Under the pieces are notes generated by a model. The model was not told where the DNA came from. It was given only the letters and a program-made list of their open reading frames with translations, and did not search any database. This document shows, piece after piece, positions 29,993 to 43,859 of a DNA stretch of 64,000 nt. The stretch spans positions 25,606,001-25,670,000 of the forward strand of contig CM022670.1 of NCBI GenBank assembly GCA_012295275.1. Reading direction: 5' to 3'. How positions within the stretch are numbered: position 1 is the first letter of the stretch; every line of letters starts with the position of its first letter. Made by a program: the position numbers and the translations under genes. This DNA comes from Chrysomallon squamiferum (lineage: Eukaryota > Animalia > Mollusca).

Positions 29993-32502
29993 TTATTATT
30001 ATTTTTTTTTTTTTTATTAATATTAATTTATTTATGTATTTATTAAACATAATTATGTACGTTTTAAATCGCTAATGAGTTAAAAGTGTTCTGTTCTTCT
30101 AAAGTTTACATTCCAAACATTTGCTTTTCAGCTATTCCTTGCCATTCTACTTTCGGCTTGTCTATGTTCGGTAAATTCCGTAAACTTCAATGTCGGACAA
30201 GGTTCTCCAATAGCATTTCCTCAGCCAAAGTCCGCCAGTGCTTCGGCTGTTAACGCCAATATTCAGCAGACAGCGGCGGCAGCCGGGAAAGTCAAATCGG
30301 CTTCAGGCTTTGGCTGGAACTGGAACAACTGGAGTAGCTGGGGCTGGCATACTCCGCAGAAACAGTGTCCAAGCCAGATCGAGTACAATGATGCCGTGAG
30401 ACTCTCCAGTAATCCAAATGGTTATCCAGTGTGAGCAAAATATCTTTATAATTACGCATAATAATAGTTATTATTATTATTATTATTTTCTTTTTCTTTT
30501 TTTCAAATTTAGTTCTACTGATTTTGAATTTAATTTTTTTATTTATTTGTTTATATATTTGATTTTGTTTGTTTATGTTTCATTTATAATAATGCTATTT
30601 TAATGACGTCCTTATAACACTAAGTAACATAAATTAAAATTTAAAAGTTAGGATAAATGAAAATTTCCTATAATTCCTATAGACCGTGAAATAATATTTG
30701 TATCTTTTTTTCGCAAAACTTTTTTTTTTTTAATTAAAAATATGAGAATAAGTTAGTCAATTTACTGCGGTTCATACAAGCTAAATTTCTATACGTTGAG
30801 TGTATTTATGAAATAATTTAAAAGATAATTGAAAAAACCCCATTAAAAATAACTATTTAGAGACTTTTCATTTCTTTCATGTTGTCTTACAAAATTTCTT
30901 AAGATGTTTTCTCCGACTTAAGTGCATTATTAAATAATAAAACAAATCAGTAACAACGTACAAATGACGATACTCTTAAGTGCATTATTAACAAATTAAA
31001 CAAACCAGGAACGACGTACGAGTGACGTCAATCTTAAATGCATTATTAAATTAAAAAAAAAAAAAAAAAACCAGTTATAACGTACAAATGATGACACTGT
31101 TAAGTGCATTATTAAATAAGAAAACAAACCAGTAAAGACGTACAAATGACAACACTCTTAAGTGTATTACTAAATTATTAAAACAAACCAGTAACGATAA
31201 ACGAATAATGATATTTGCTTTGTTTTGTTTTTTTTTTTTATGAAAGGATTCAGATTACAGCGGAACTCACCGCTCGAACCACTCTGTTCGCGTGTCTACA
31301 AAGACAAGTCGTTCTGCCCACAGATCCAACAGTTCCATACGACCCTGTGTACGTCTAGCTTACATTTTTACTCTTTTACTTTACTAATAATATTGATATG
31401 ATGTGTTATCATACAGCTGAGAAACTGTTTTACTCGTTCTGCCCACAGATTTGTACTCTAGCTTACATTTTTACTCTTATACTTTACTAATAATATTGAT
31501 ATGATGTGTTATCATACAGCTGAGAAACTGTATATTTATGTGTATTTATGTGTATATATATATATTTTATAACTCAGGATTGATTCTCCTCCTTAAGTCT
31601 ATTTAACTATTTACCAGTACAAGATTATATATCAAATCCTACAATAAACTGATTTTCATTGCTGCTAATGGAAGATGCTGTACGTGATCTTTAAGGACCA
31701 TTGCTAGATGATAGGAAATTATAAACCGTACAGACTGCCAGTCTGGGAAAACAATATAGCTAGCCGATCCTGTGATAATAATAATAACAGCAACAGAAAC
31801 AGCAACAACATTAATAAGTAAATAAATAAGTAAATAAATAAATAAATATTATTTCAGAATTGGGACAGCTCTAAATACTTGTCCAGTAAGTGAACAGCGA
31901 CTGTGGAGTTACACCAGTGTCACTAATCTGGGAAGATGTTGGGTGTTGCAGAATTTCCAAGAACCGGTGCATTTTGTGACTTGCTTGTAAGTATTCTCCT
32001 GAACAAGTGTTATTTCAGTAACAACAGTAACAACGACAACAGCAGCAGCTGTAACAACAACAACAACAATAATCATAAAGACGATGATGATTATTAGTAT
32101 TTTGATGATGATGATGATGATGACGACGATGATAATGATGGCGTTGACTATGACAAATAATAATAGCAGTAACACTAAATTTTGTATTATATAACACAAC
32201 AATCGCTGACAGAATGTTAGGGCAGATATTTGATTTTCTTGTGGTTTACCCATTATTTAATTTTTTTTTTTTTTTTAAACTGAAATTTTTAACCCTTTTA
32301 TTGCAGAACGAAGACATGCAATCACTGCAGCACATACCGATCAAATTATCGAGAGCCGACGTGTCTCAAGATTTACCGCTATGTCTTGGTGTACGCATAC
32401 TGCGAGGGTCTTCCAAACAACGCCCGCATCATCACAGAAAGGATTCTTGTCCCTCAAGAATGTAGCTGCAGATCTGTAGAGTGCTACGGCAGCTGGAAGT
32501 AG
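28740..32502 (+). CDS. Cluster gene B: secreted Spaetzle-like cystine-knot protein with Ala/Ser-rich and Trp-rich N-terminus, ~242 aa
   Basis: Exons 28740-28742 (ATG|gtaaat; alternative first exon ATGCAG 28352-28357), 30132-30430, 31247-31348, 31858-31986, 32307-32502. Signal MLFLAILLSACLCSVNS; motif GFGWNWNNWSSWGW. Knot TCPVSEQRLW...GRCWVLQNFQEPVHFVTCLTKTCNHC...PTCLKIYRYVLVYAYCE...ERILVPQECSCRSVECY. Confidence 0.87.
29775..29932 (+). mobile_element. Degenerate fragment of the same Tigger-like MITE family as 15148-15484
   Basis: TA followed by CAGGCTAAGGATCTCTTATCCGAAAT; internal GCATAAGCTGTATACGA resembles GCATAACTGTGTACGA in the first copy. Confidence 0.5.
30918..31215. repeat. Intronic minisatellite, ~60-bp unit, about 5 copies
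   Basis: Recurring TTAAGTGCATTATTAAA...AAACAAACCAGTAAC...ACGTACAAATGA. Confidence 0.8.
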
Positions 32503-32574
32503 TGAGAAGTGGAAAAGACAGTTAAATTGGAAAACTAAAACACATTAATTCATATCTCGCGTTTAATTAATCAT

Positions 32575-32790
32575 TAAAACCTATGCAGTAAAAATGATTG
32601 TGTTTTTTGTTTTCCTTATTACACTTAAGTTTTAAAACCTATACATAGAAGATGATTGTGTTTTCTTCCTTCTTACATTTGTTTAAAACCTAAAAAGAGA
32701 AGATGATTATTTTTTTTGCTTATTACACTTGTTTTAAACCCTGTAGAGAGAAGCTGGTTATTTTTACTTCTTCATTACACTTACATTTTT
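32575..32790. repeat. Degenerate ~55-60 bp tandem repeat, about 4 copies, 3' of gene B
   Basis: Recurring TTAAAACCTA...GAAGATGATT...ATTACACTT. Confidence 0.65.
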
Positions 32791-33569
32791 GTGCTTGTTT
32801 TCATGATTTTATGTTCATCTTTAATTTTTATTAAAGTAATTTGTAGCAGAAATTAATAGATAAAATATAAGAAAAAATGTATTGTGTTTAATAAACAATT
32901 TCAGTGTCTGAAATTAAAATATTTTGAATTAAGTGGCTATAGACACAAAACATTTTATTCCTTCTAAAACAAAATATGTTGGTTATGCAAGAACCGACAG
33001 CAAAATCGGTAAATAAATTAACTTTTGGGGCTTAGGTTTCGCTATTTCTAATTTGAATTAAAGTGCTGTTATGTTGCTATGTTCATACTTGTGAATTTGG
33101 CATTTTCTTCTTTTTTATAACATTATTTCCTAAATAGTAATAGTAAAAGTAATTATATTTTAATGATAGGTCTATCATGAAAACAGAGGAAAATAACAGG
33201 CTCTGTCTCTCATCTCGACTATTTATCATTGTAAGTTATTTTCAGCAAAGTTCCATTTCAGCAAACGAATAAAACAACATTATTTGACTTTATAAAATAT
33301 TTCGTTAATTTTATCGTAGGTACAGTTTAATTTTTCAGAATTCTAATTCCAAAAATATAAGAAACTTATTTTCTAGTCTTCATTAATTAAGAAAGTTTCA
33401 GACTTGAATGAAGTTCACAATAAATTACCAAACACCAGGAGATTAAAATAATATTATTCAATATATGTCGGCTGCTCTTTCTTTTTGAACAGATTATTTT
33501 TAATAATTATTTATCTTGTGGATGATAATAATTTATGATCTATAAATCACGAAGATGTAGATTCGTTGT

Positions 33570-33653
<84 letters not shown>

Positions 33654-34192
33654 TCTCATACACAAACACACACACACACAGACACACACACATTACTTTG
33701 TGCATACATTTGTGGATCTTTACTACATCCCACATTTCACATGATCAAAGCTGAAAACCTAAATATCAGGTAACCGCTTCTTCGTAACGTGTATTTTAGT
33801 ACCGGCACCTTTAAGACTGAATGGAAATTCTGCAGCAGTTTCGAGGTGATATTAAACGTAAGGTGATACCCGTTCACAGCGCACTAATCCTGTTGCTACT
33901 TGTGTTACGGGCAGCCGGAGTTGAAGCACTGTCTTTCACGCAGTTGAAGGCGTCCGCTTCACCCAGCATGAAAAACATTTGTCAAATAAAATATTGTCGT
34001 CCGCCTCAGGTACCAGCCTAGAAAAGTTTGAAATGTGAATGTTTAAAAACTACTAGGACAAGCAGTGTTAAAAAATGTACTTGAAATGTATGGGAAAATG
34101 TTACGGATACATACTGTGGCTTGCACACTACATACATACATACATACATACATACATACATACATACATTCAAATACAAATATATATTAAAA

Positions 34193-34273
34193 AAAAACAT
34201 CGGACTGCAAAAAAAAAAATTATATATATATATATATATTTATTTATTTATTTTTTTGCAGTCCGATGTTTTT
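34193..34273. repeat. Perfect 23-bp inverted repeat around an AT-only spacer
   Basis: AAAAACATCGGACTGCAAAAAAA (34193-34215) and TTTTTTTGCAGTCCGATGTTTTT (34251-34273). Confidence 0.85.
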
Positions 34274-34433
34274 CTTTTCTTTTAATGAAACTAATTTGTT
34301 CTTCAAAACTAAATTCATCGTAATTATGTCACAATAGTTTTCTGAAATTATACATTTAGTCCTTAAGCGTAATTTATTAACACTAAGATTCCAATTATTA
34401 ATTGTCTCTGGAATGACTAATAGTTTATTTTGA

Positions 34434-34500
<67 letters not shown>

Positions 34501-34970
34501 TTAAAAAAAAAAATGTTGTATTAAAAGACAAAAGATACCTAATAAAGACTGTACATGTAATATCAATGCAACATTAACTTCTGTACAATTTTTTTTTAAA
34601 TTGTTTTTATTTATTTTTATTTATTTATTTATTTTTTTAAATTTAAACATTTCACGAATTGCCGGTATTCCTAAACTAACCCAGTTAAGCAAAGTAGGGT
34701 CGTAAATTCACTTTAACCATTCCTCAGATACAGCGTACGTAATAAGTGAACTACAAAACTACACTGATACCCACATAATTAAATCTTTCCAAACATGTAA
34801 TTACCCTGGTCCGTGATGTAATACGCAAACTGCCCTGACGAGTTTACGACTGTTAAGAAAAGTATATAAATGGAAGAATACGCCAATGTTGAGTTAGGAA
34901 CCCACACTGCATTTGAAGAGGAAATCACGTTGCTTTTTTTGATTAGGAAAGATCAGTTAACCGTGTTACA

Positions 34971-35132
34971 ATGAAGGTACGTAGATACGTCATTACAATA
35001 ATTATAAGATTTAATTTTAAAAGTTTTTACTAGAAATTAATTTTAATACGCCTCCCGTTAGATTTAAATAAGATTATGCTGACGATTATAGTGGAAACTT
35101 TAAAATGCGTGTTATAAATAGCATATATATTT

Positions 35133-35173
<41 letters not shown>

Positions 35174-36137
35174 ATGTGCGTGTATATATATATATATATA
35201 TATGTATTATTTAAAAGTGACAATACTTTAAACAAAAATTGTCTTAATGGAAATCTTTCTATATCTATATCTAAATCTATCTATCTAATCTAATCTTATA
35301 TATGTTATGTTTATATAACTGGATTCTAAAACGTGAAGATTGTATTTTATTTTAGTTTTCTATGTATATAAGTAAGAACATTCGTTTTAATTTTTATATA
35401 TAAAGTATTATTAAGTTTATATATATATAAAATATCAGTGTATATATTTCTGTAAGTGTGTGTGTCTTGAGTGTTATTTTATTCCAAAATTACAGTTTCA
35501 TATTAAAATGATTTTTTTCATTTTACAGCTGGCTATAGTTCTCGCGTTTATCGTCATGGGCCTTCATGAGATGGCAGCCATACCATTATCATCAGATTCC
35601 AACAAAACTTCAGATATGCCGCCAAAAAAATCGCAACACAATTATAATCTTGAAGGGAACACTCATAACACTATTAACAGCCACGACTTCTTCGGTAGTT
35701 TCAATCAGGAGAACTACCATATGCCTAGCGGTTACCCATCTAACCCTAACTCTCTTGGTTACCCACATAATCCCAACTCTCTAGATTATCCACACAACTC
35801 TAACCCGCTCGGTTACCCTACCAACTCTAATAATCACGGTTACCCTACCGATTCTAATAATCACGGTTACCCTACCAACTCTAACAATCACGGTTACCCT
35901 ACCGATTCTAATAATCACGGTTACCCTACCAACTCTAATAATCACGGATACCCACTCAATCCTAACTCTAACCACTATCCAACGAATTCTCACCCTAATA
36001 GTGGTTCGTATCCATCAAACAATCCACAGCATGGTTACGGTTTTGGCAACTATCGCGGAAAACGCTGTCCACCGCCAGCGAATTTCAATGATGCTAACAG
36101 ACTGTCATCTGTCACAACGAATTATCCCGCGTAAGTT

Positions 36138-36216
<79 letters not shown>

Positions 36217-36329
36217 GCTATCTGTCTGTCTTTCTCTCTTTCTCTCTGTCTGTCTTTCTGTCTGTCTCTCTCTGTCTGTCTCTCTGTCTGTCTTTCTCTC
36301 TGTCTGTCTTTCTGTCTGTCTCTCTCTGT

Positions 36330-36399
<70 letters not shown>

Positions 36400-37176
36400 A
36401 CCAGCCTGCCTTCTTATATAAAGTCTTATTATTTTTCTTTCAGAGTTGCGATTGCCGCTGAATTAGTTGCCAGACCGGCATTCAAAGCGGTTTTGGATAC
36501 ACTAATATTAACTGGATCAAGTTACACACTGCCAGCTACCGCAAAGTAAATATTAGCTTCATATAAAGAAAGGATCTGATATCCGGACATTAATATGTAA
36601 ATTAGATCTAGTGTTAGTCAGAATGTTTAGGAATATAAACAACTAGATATTTCAGAATGTATAATATACAGTAATCTTCGTTAAAACAAACTATTATAGA
36701 AAAATAAATAACAGAAAATACTTTCTTACAATTTAACTAATGTTCATATAACTGTAACAGCTAAATTATACCTTTCTTTCTTTCTTTTTTTTGATTAATT
36801 TTAAGCACTGATAATTATAAAATATAATTAATTTTATTTTTCATGATTTAGAGTTTAATGATATGGAATAATTTTAAAATATTTTCGTTTTATTGTTTTA
36901 TTGAAGATACAGCATTAGCATATATTTTTCAAATCGGTGCCGGAATGAATACAAATAAAAATATTCTAACTATTTTAAGACTTTAATTATTGTGAATGAT
37001 TACCTTTTAATTTATTTCACTCTCATTATCGTGATGTTTCAGCCTGCCTCATACGAGTGATATCTGTCCAAGTCGCGAATTTCCACTAGCCAGCTTCACA
37101 ACATCTGTATCAAGCAATCGCTGTTGGGTACTTCAAAATATACAGACCCCATACACCTACGTCGAATGTTTGTACG

Positions 37177-37218
<42 letters not shown>

Positions 37219-37558
37219 GCAATAATAATAGCAGCAGCAATAATAAAAGCAACAACAACAACAACAATATTAATAATAATAATAATAATAATAACAATAG
37301 TTTGTTTTTGTTTTTTTTATCTTTTTTTTTATTTTTTAAATTTTCTTATTTCTTTTTTTTAACAGGACCAGGCAGTGCAGATCCTGTAAAACGGCCTTTT
37401 CCGAAAACAAAGAGAAACAATGTGCTAAAGATTACAAGATCTTCGGAATGTTTGTCTACTGTGAAAACCTTGCATTAAATAGCCGAATTACGTTCCTTCC
37501 AGTTATGATTCCAACTTCATGTCAGTGCCATCAAGTCTACTGTTATAAAAATTACTAA
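34971..37558 (+). CDS. Cluster gene C: secreted Spaetzle-like cystine-knot protein with GYPT(N/D)SNNH 9-aa repeats, ~343 aa
   Basis: Exons 34971-34976 (MK), 35529-36130, 36444-36545, 37043-37171, 37366-37558. Signal MKLAIVLAFIVMGLHEMAA; RGKR before the CPP motif. Knot ICPSREF...NRCWVLQNIQTPYTYVECLTRQCRSC...KQCAKDYKIFGMFVYCE...VMIPTSCQCHQVYCY. Confidence 0.9.
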
Positions 37559-38652
37559 AAGCTGTTTTTCATTGTGCGGGCTAGAATAGGTGATATTTAG
37601 TTCGTAAATTTAAAAAAGTAAAATCAGAGTGTTTAAGATTTTTATTCATTTTTCTTTTCTTTTTTTTTTTTTTTTTTTTTTTTTTCAACGCTTTTTTGAT
37701 ATGAATCAAATATTTTTATACCGTGTAGATTTAAAGTTATTTATAAATTTCTATAAAGACCAACTTAAAACAGAAAGCGTAACATAATTTAGCTCTGCTT
37801 AATTTGATTAAATATTATAACAATCATTTGATATGCAGAACAGTGTAAAGGAAACACATATATTTTTGATGCAAAAATGATAATACATTTTAATGGCAAT
37901 TAAACTGACACAATCATCTTGAACAAATAAAAAGTATTTTTATCTTTACCAAAAACAACGTTCGGGAAGAAATATGTTAGTGCCTTTTTTTTTTCATTTT
38001 TTTTTTTTCACGAATTTGATATAAATATTCGTTTCGTAAAATGTTTAAATGTTATTTGACTTTTGCTTAAAGTTAAGTGATAAGACATTTTTCTTATCAT
38101 TTAAATGATTTATCCTGCTTACGATTCAGTTGTACATACAATTTTTTTTCACTTGTCTTATATCCTAAAGTTTTGTATTCTTGTATTCCATATATAAATA
38201 AATGTTTTCTCCAGAGAAAGTTTATTGTTTGTTTCATTTTGTAAAAATGTTTTACGTCTTAAAGCGTTTCAAAAGTGGTGTATTATTTTAATTATCTTTA
38301 TCAAAAATAATATTTCTTATTTTTATGTTTATGATCATAAATAGGGCCTGAGAACTGTTATTTTAACGACTGGGATTGGTAAACTTATTCATTTGAATTA
38401 TCTGCACATACTTAAAATAAGTATATATAAAACGTTCAAGATAAATATCATCACACTAGGCTTCTTTATCGTACTAGGATTAAAGACCAAAGCAAATGAA
38501 AGAGACGACAAACAAGGAAAAAAAAAAAAACAAATAGCAATAATAGATTAAACATTTTAATACAAATAAAGTAACATTCTTATTCTCACTTGACAAACCA
38601 TTCATTCTCCAAAGGTATATATGTGTAGCTAATTAAAGGTGTATTCTGCTGT

Positions 38653-39005
38653 CTATTTGTGCCAGTTTCGATAGCAGTAGACTGCCTCACAGACGCAGTT
38701 GTCAGGAATGATGATTCTCTCGTAGATTATTCTCGAGTTGATGGCATTGTTTTCACAGTAGGCATATATACCCACGTATCTGTGAGTTTTTATACAGCGA
38801 GTTTCGAAGTCACTTTTGAAAACTTGTTTACAGAAACGACACAGGCGATGTCTGTTGAATAATAATAAAAAAAAAGTAGCATAAGAAATAACTGGTTTAG
38901 GATGTTACATTTAAAATAAAGAAAGAAAAAGAAAGAAAGATAAGAACATGAAGTACTACTACTTATTAGTTCCTCTTCTATTACTAATACTACTACTACT
39001 ACTAC

Positions 39006-39037
<32 letters not shown>

Positions 39038-39046
39038 TAATAATAA

Positions 39047-39087
<41 letters not shown>

Positions 39088-40321
39088 TTAATATTAATAA
39101 TAATCAGTAAAAAAAGGAACAAACAGAAGAATAGTGATGATTATGATAACAGTTATAATATTAATAAGATTATAACAGTAATAATCTAACGCTGAAGAAT
39201 ATTATTTAGAAACATCAGTCTAGCATATATATGTATTTTTAATATAAAGAAAGTGCAAAAATTATGAAGAAAAAATCAACAACAACTAAAGTCATACTTT
39301 ACCCAAAAAATTAACACACTAAACTTTCGTCTAATAAATATATCTCTGTTCAAAGATTGTAACATATCGTGTCAACATATGATAAGGATATTTCCAATTT
39401 TAGAATTACAAAAAAACAACAACACGAAACTTACAGGCAAGTGACAAAGAAAACAGGCTCCTGAAACTCTTGAAGAAACCAGCATTTTCCGGCGTTGTTG
39501 GTGTTGGTACTAAAATAACTGTAAAGTCTCTCTGTTGTTTTGTTGCAAGTACTTTTGACGTGACCCAGTCTGTACAGAAATTTGGAAAAATAAAATGACT
39601 GTGTTTTCAGTGAGTTAGGTATTTCAGTGATGTTAACTGACATATATACTATAATTACCTTTAGATTACATCCTTTTGCTGATATAATATTTTTAAGATG
39701 AAACTGTAAAGTAGATTAATTTATATAATTACCAGTACACCTGCATCATTATTGCTAAAAACATCATTAAGTGCATATGTATGCAGATAACCATGTCATG
39801 TGCACTGTAAGATGTAAATACTAAATAAATAGAAAGGCGGTTGATAAACGGATCCTGGAAACGCTTTTCAACATACGCAATAAAGAGGATTGATCTATGG
39901 ACCCGTTATGCCTCTCGATGTTTTCTTTTTTACTACTGAGAACATCATGAACGTTTGTTAAGCTTTACTGAGCTTCTGTTCTGTTCATGCTTCAAATAGA
40001 CTCGAGTGAAGAAAATTCTTACGTAGGATTTACAGCTGGTAGCATTGGAGAGCTGTGGGGCGTGTTCGTCCTCAGTAGACAGTTAGCTAGTTCAGGTCTG
40101 TTGATTAATTCTGCATTAATATCAACGCTGAAAATAAACAAGGCGAAGAGGATAAAATAGTACTGTTATTCACTATATTTATATATATAAATACATAGAT
40201 AGATAAATAGACAGACAGACATACAGTCAGATAGATAGATAGATAGATAGATAGGTAGATAGGTAGGTAGCACGGTACATATATATATATACCGAAAGAG
40301 AAAGAAAAGAGACTGACAGAC

Positions 40322-40414
<93 letters not shown>

Positions 40415-40585
40415 TTTAAAAGTAGAATAAAAGTAGGAAAATACCTAGAATGATATTACTTTGTACAAACTGAAATAATTAAGAACATAGAGATTAGAAT
40501 CCAGACGTAATTATTATAAACATAATAGATAACTATCTCTGCCTCTCATTCTCTCTCTCTCTCTCTTTCTCTCAATGTCTCTCTC

Positions 40586-40616
<31 letters not shown>

Positions 40617-42067
40617 TTTCTTTCAGATTCTAATCCAACTTAATATACTTACACTGGATAGCCAACTGGGTTAGCACTCCACATATAAGTGGAATCATAC
40701 AATGTTTGGTTTGGACAAAACCTGTTTGCATCATTTCCCATGTACGGATTTATATTGTACGTATTTCCCTGATTTGCAAAATTTCCTCCGTGTTGATTGT
40801 TGTAACCAGTCATTCCTCCTCCGAGGATACTATAGCCGCCTTGTCCAACGTTATTCAAGTTGTAACCATTACCTCCACGATTACGTGTATTGTAACCATT
40901 ATTTAAGTTATTGTTCGAGTTGTATCCGTTATTTGTGTTGTAACCGCTACCAATGTGATTGTTGTTGAAACCATGTCCAGCATTATTAGTGTTGTAACCA
41001 TGAACTACGTTGTTTGTATTGTAGCGTTGGCCAACATTGTTTGTGTTGTATCCTTGACCAACATTGTTTGTGTTGTATCCTTGACCAACATTGTTTGTGT
41101 TGTATCCTTGACGACCAACATTGTTTGTGTTGTATCCTTGACCAGCATTGTTTGTGTTGTATCCTTGACCAACATTGTTTGTGTTGTATCCTTGACCAGC
41201 ATTGTTTGTGTTGTATCCTTGACCAACATTATTTGTGTTGTATCCTTGACGACCAACATTGTTAGTGTTGTATCCCTGTCTAGGATTGTTACCTGTTTGA
41301 TGAATGTTAGCACTGCTGTAACCACTGGAGCTATGATATCCACTTGTTCTCGGAACATGGCCATGGAAATGAAAACCAAAGAAAGCAGATTTCTTCGGGT
41401 TTACCGTTGTTGTTATTGCTGGTATTACTGCTGTCGCTGTCATATAAGAAGTCGTCGCCGTGTTATTCGCAGACACTGCAGACGTACACGATAGAAGAAC
41501 GACACACCAAACTGCTATTATCATCTGAAATAAAATTAATTCAATTAGCATATTTTCATATAAAAGAATAAAAGAATACTGGATAGCTGAATCCTAACAG
41601 ACGCGAGATCAATATTCTTCACAGTTCTCATTTTGCTATTTTCCATTATAACCGATTTCCCACGTCTCTTTAACCTGATACAGTCCTGATCTGCGCTGGT
41701 TTTAAGATCCATTTCCAACCAGTACAACGTACTAATAAATCAAAGGCTTTTATTTGGACTTTTCTTTCTGTGGAAACATGAATCTAAAAAGATCTCCTGC
41801 TGCCAGTGTGTTAATAACAGATAATGGGGCGCAAGAGCGTCTTTATCAATATTACTTTAAACACGTAAATATTTTATACCTGATAATTATTAATAATATA
41901 AAGTGCCGAGCTGTCATTAAACAAAAATTAGTTCCTAAATCAACTGAATGAGTATACCCTCAGTGAATTAAATTAGTAGTATGTTTATAACTGTACTAAT
42001 CAGTAACTAAATAATATGTATAATATATATATTACAGAAAGACTTAAACTAATTTGCTTACCCGCAT
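38653..42067 (-). CDS. Cluster gene D: secreted Spaetzle-like cystine-knot protein with QGYNTNN(V/A)G repeats, ~438 aa
   Basis: Minus-strand exons 42067-42062 (MR), 41524-40653, 40127-40023, 39569-39435, 38851-38653. Signal MRMIIAVWCVVLLSCTSAVSA. Knot TCNKTTERLY...GKCWFLQEFQEPVFFVTCLHRLCRFC...TRCIKTHRYVGIYAYCE...ERIIIPDNCVCEAVYCY. Confidence 0.9.
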
Positions 42068-43859
42068 GTCTAGTTATTCACAGTGTTCTGTGGTTGAAAT
42101 GAACTGTTTTTGCCTCTATCATTTATATACACAACCAACAAGTTAATTTTCCTTTACTTTGATTTTCTTTAATAACCTTTTAATTCTGTTGTAAAGCCTT
42201 TTCTCGAACTTTTCAATCTCACCAATTGTGTTGAAAACGAAATTACATTTTTATATTCACTGTTTTGTATAAAAAGGATTTGCGAATTAAAAATGATAGA
42301 AAATATAAATGATTTATACTGATATCTTGGTGTGTCGTATATGTCATATGCTACACCGACATGGGAATATTAAATATTCTGACACCTTTACACTGACATA
42401 GATATCCTTTGTTAACATAACTCATTCAGCGGTGTTAGCGATTAAGTAACAGACACTTTGTCCACTTTAGCTTTCACTTTGAGTGGCTTTTTATTGAATT
42501 TATAATAATATATGTATGGTAAACATTAAATTCTCAATGATTAATGTGCCGTTTTGGTACGGAGTGAGATCAAATTCTAGTGCAGAAAATTAATGATTAA
42601 TAATAACTTTGTAAAGGGAAAATAATAAAGAACTAATTACACCACGAAATTAATAATAACTACATCACTTTGGTTTGGTGTTTTGCAGTTACATATATTA
42701 ACATGAGACAAATAATAACTACATATTTACACACCATCCAAAGAGGGTAAGGCATTAAGCTAAAATAGAAATATTTAACTCTAATATGTATATGAATATG
42801 ATACTTAATAAGAATTATATCGAAGTGCAGTATGTACACATGCGCACGCGCAGCTCTTAAGCAAAATAAATATTGGAATAAGATTCAAAAGTTTCATATC
42901 AGAAGTGACTAGGAATAATCCATATGATTCTACTGTACTGCAACTATTCAAATAGTACTGCTGCATCTGCTATTGTAACTACTGCTACTACTACGACAAG
43001 TGCTACGTTTACAAGTGCCACTACTGCTTGCATTCCACGAACACCGCCACTATCCCACTACTGTGGATGGTCCAACTTCAGCTACCACCACGATTGCTAT
43101 TACTTCTAATACTACTACTATTCCTATAACTACTAATACTAGCAGTAGTAATAATTAATAATAATAATATAGAAATAATAAATAAAAAGCAAGCAAAGAA
43201 ACAAATAAACAAAAATAGCAGTAAATATTTAAATAAATAAATAAAAGTCACTTAAATTCACATTGTGGTGAAGATATCGTATACTATTAATTAATCTTCT
43301 GTTAGATATGGGCATAAAAGTCACTTTCAAAGAATTATCTGTTAAGGAATCAATATATCTTTATAAATAATTATTTTTGTCACACGTACTGTGTTCGACA
43401 CTTATAATTTATCATTTTCAACTAACAACTGCAAAGACATTAAGTACTAACAGCAACAAATTACCACTGGAAACATTTCATTTGTTCATGGAGTAACTGT
43501 CATGAAAGAAAACGTTTATAGTCTTTCTTATCATTTCTTCATAAAAAATATAAAATTCCTTTCAAATATTGCATCATTATAAACATTTTCGAATCGTTTA
43601 TTTAAAGTTTTATTGGATAAATTGTCATATTAAAGAAAACCAAAGGAAATAAATAAAATAATTTTAAATATAAATAAATAAATAACGAAAAAACTAGTTG
43701 TTACGACTGAAATACAGTCCAGATGAATGAATTGTAATAATCATAAATCTTGTTGTTGAGAATATATAAACTGTTTGTAAAATGTCCAGATATAAATCTA
43801 CTTGTAGTAATTCTGATGCATTTTAGAAGCGAAGTTTATATGAGGAAAGAGGGGTAATT

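Noticed and set aside
40702-41571. Cys-rich (DQHCLCCIL)n and other ORFs overlapping gene D exon 2
   Set aside because: Antisense or alternative-frame shadows of the QGYNTNNVG repeat.
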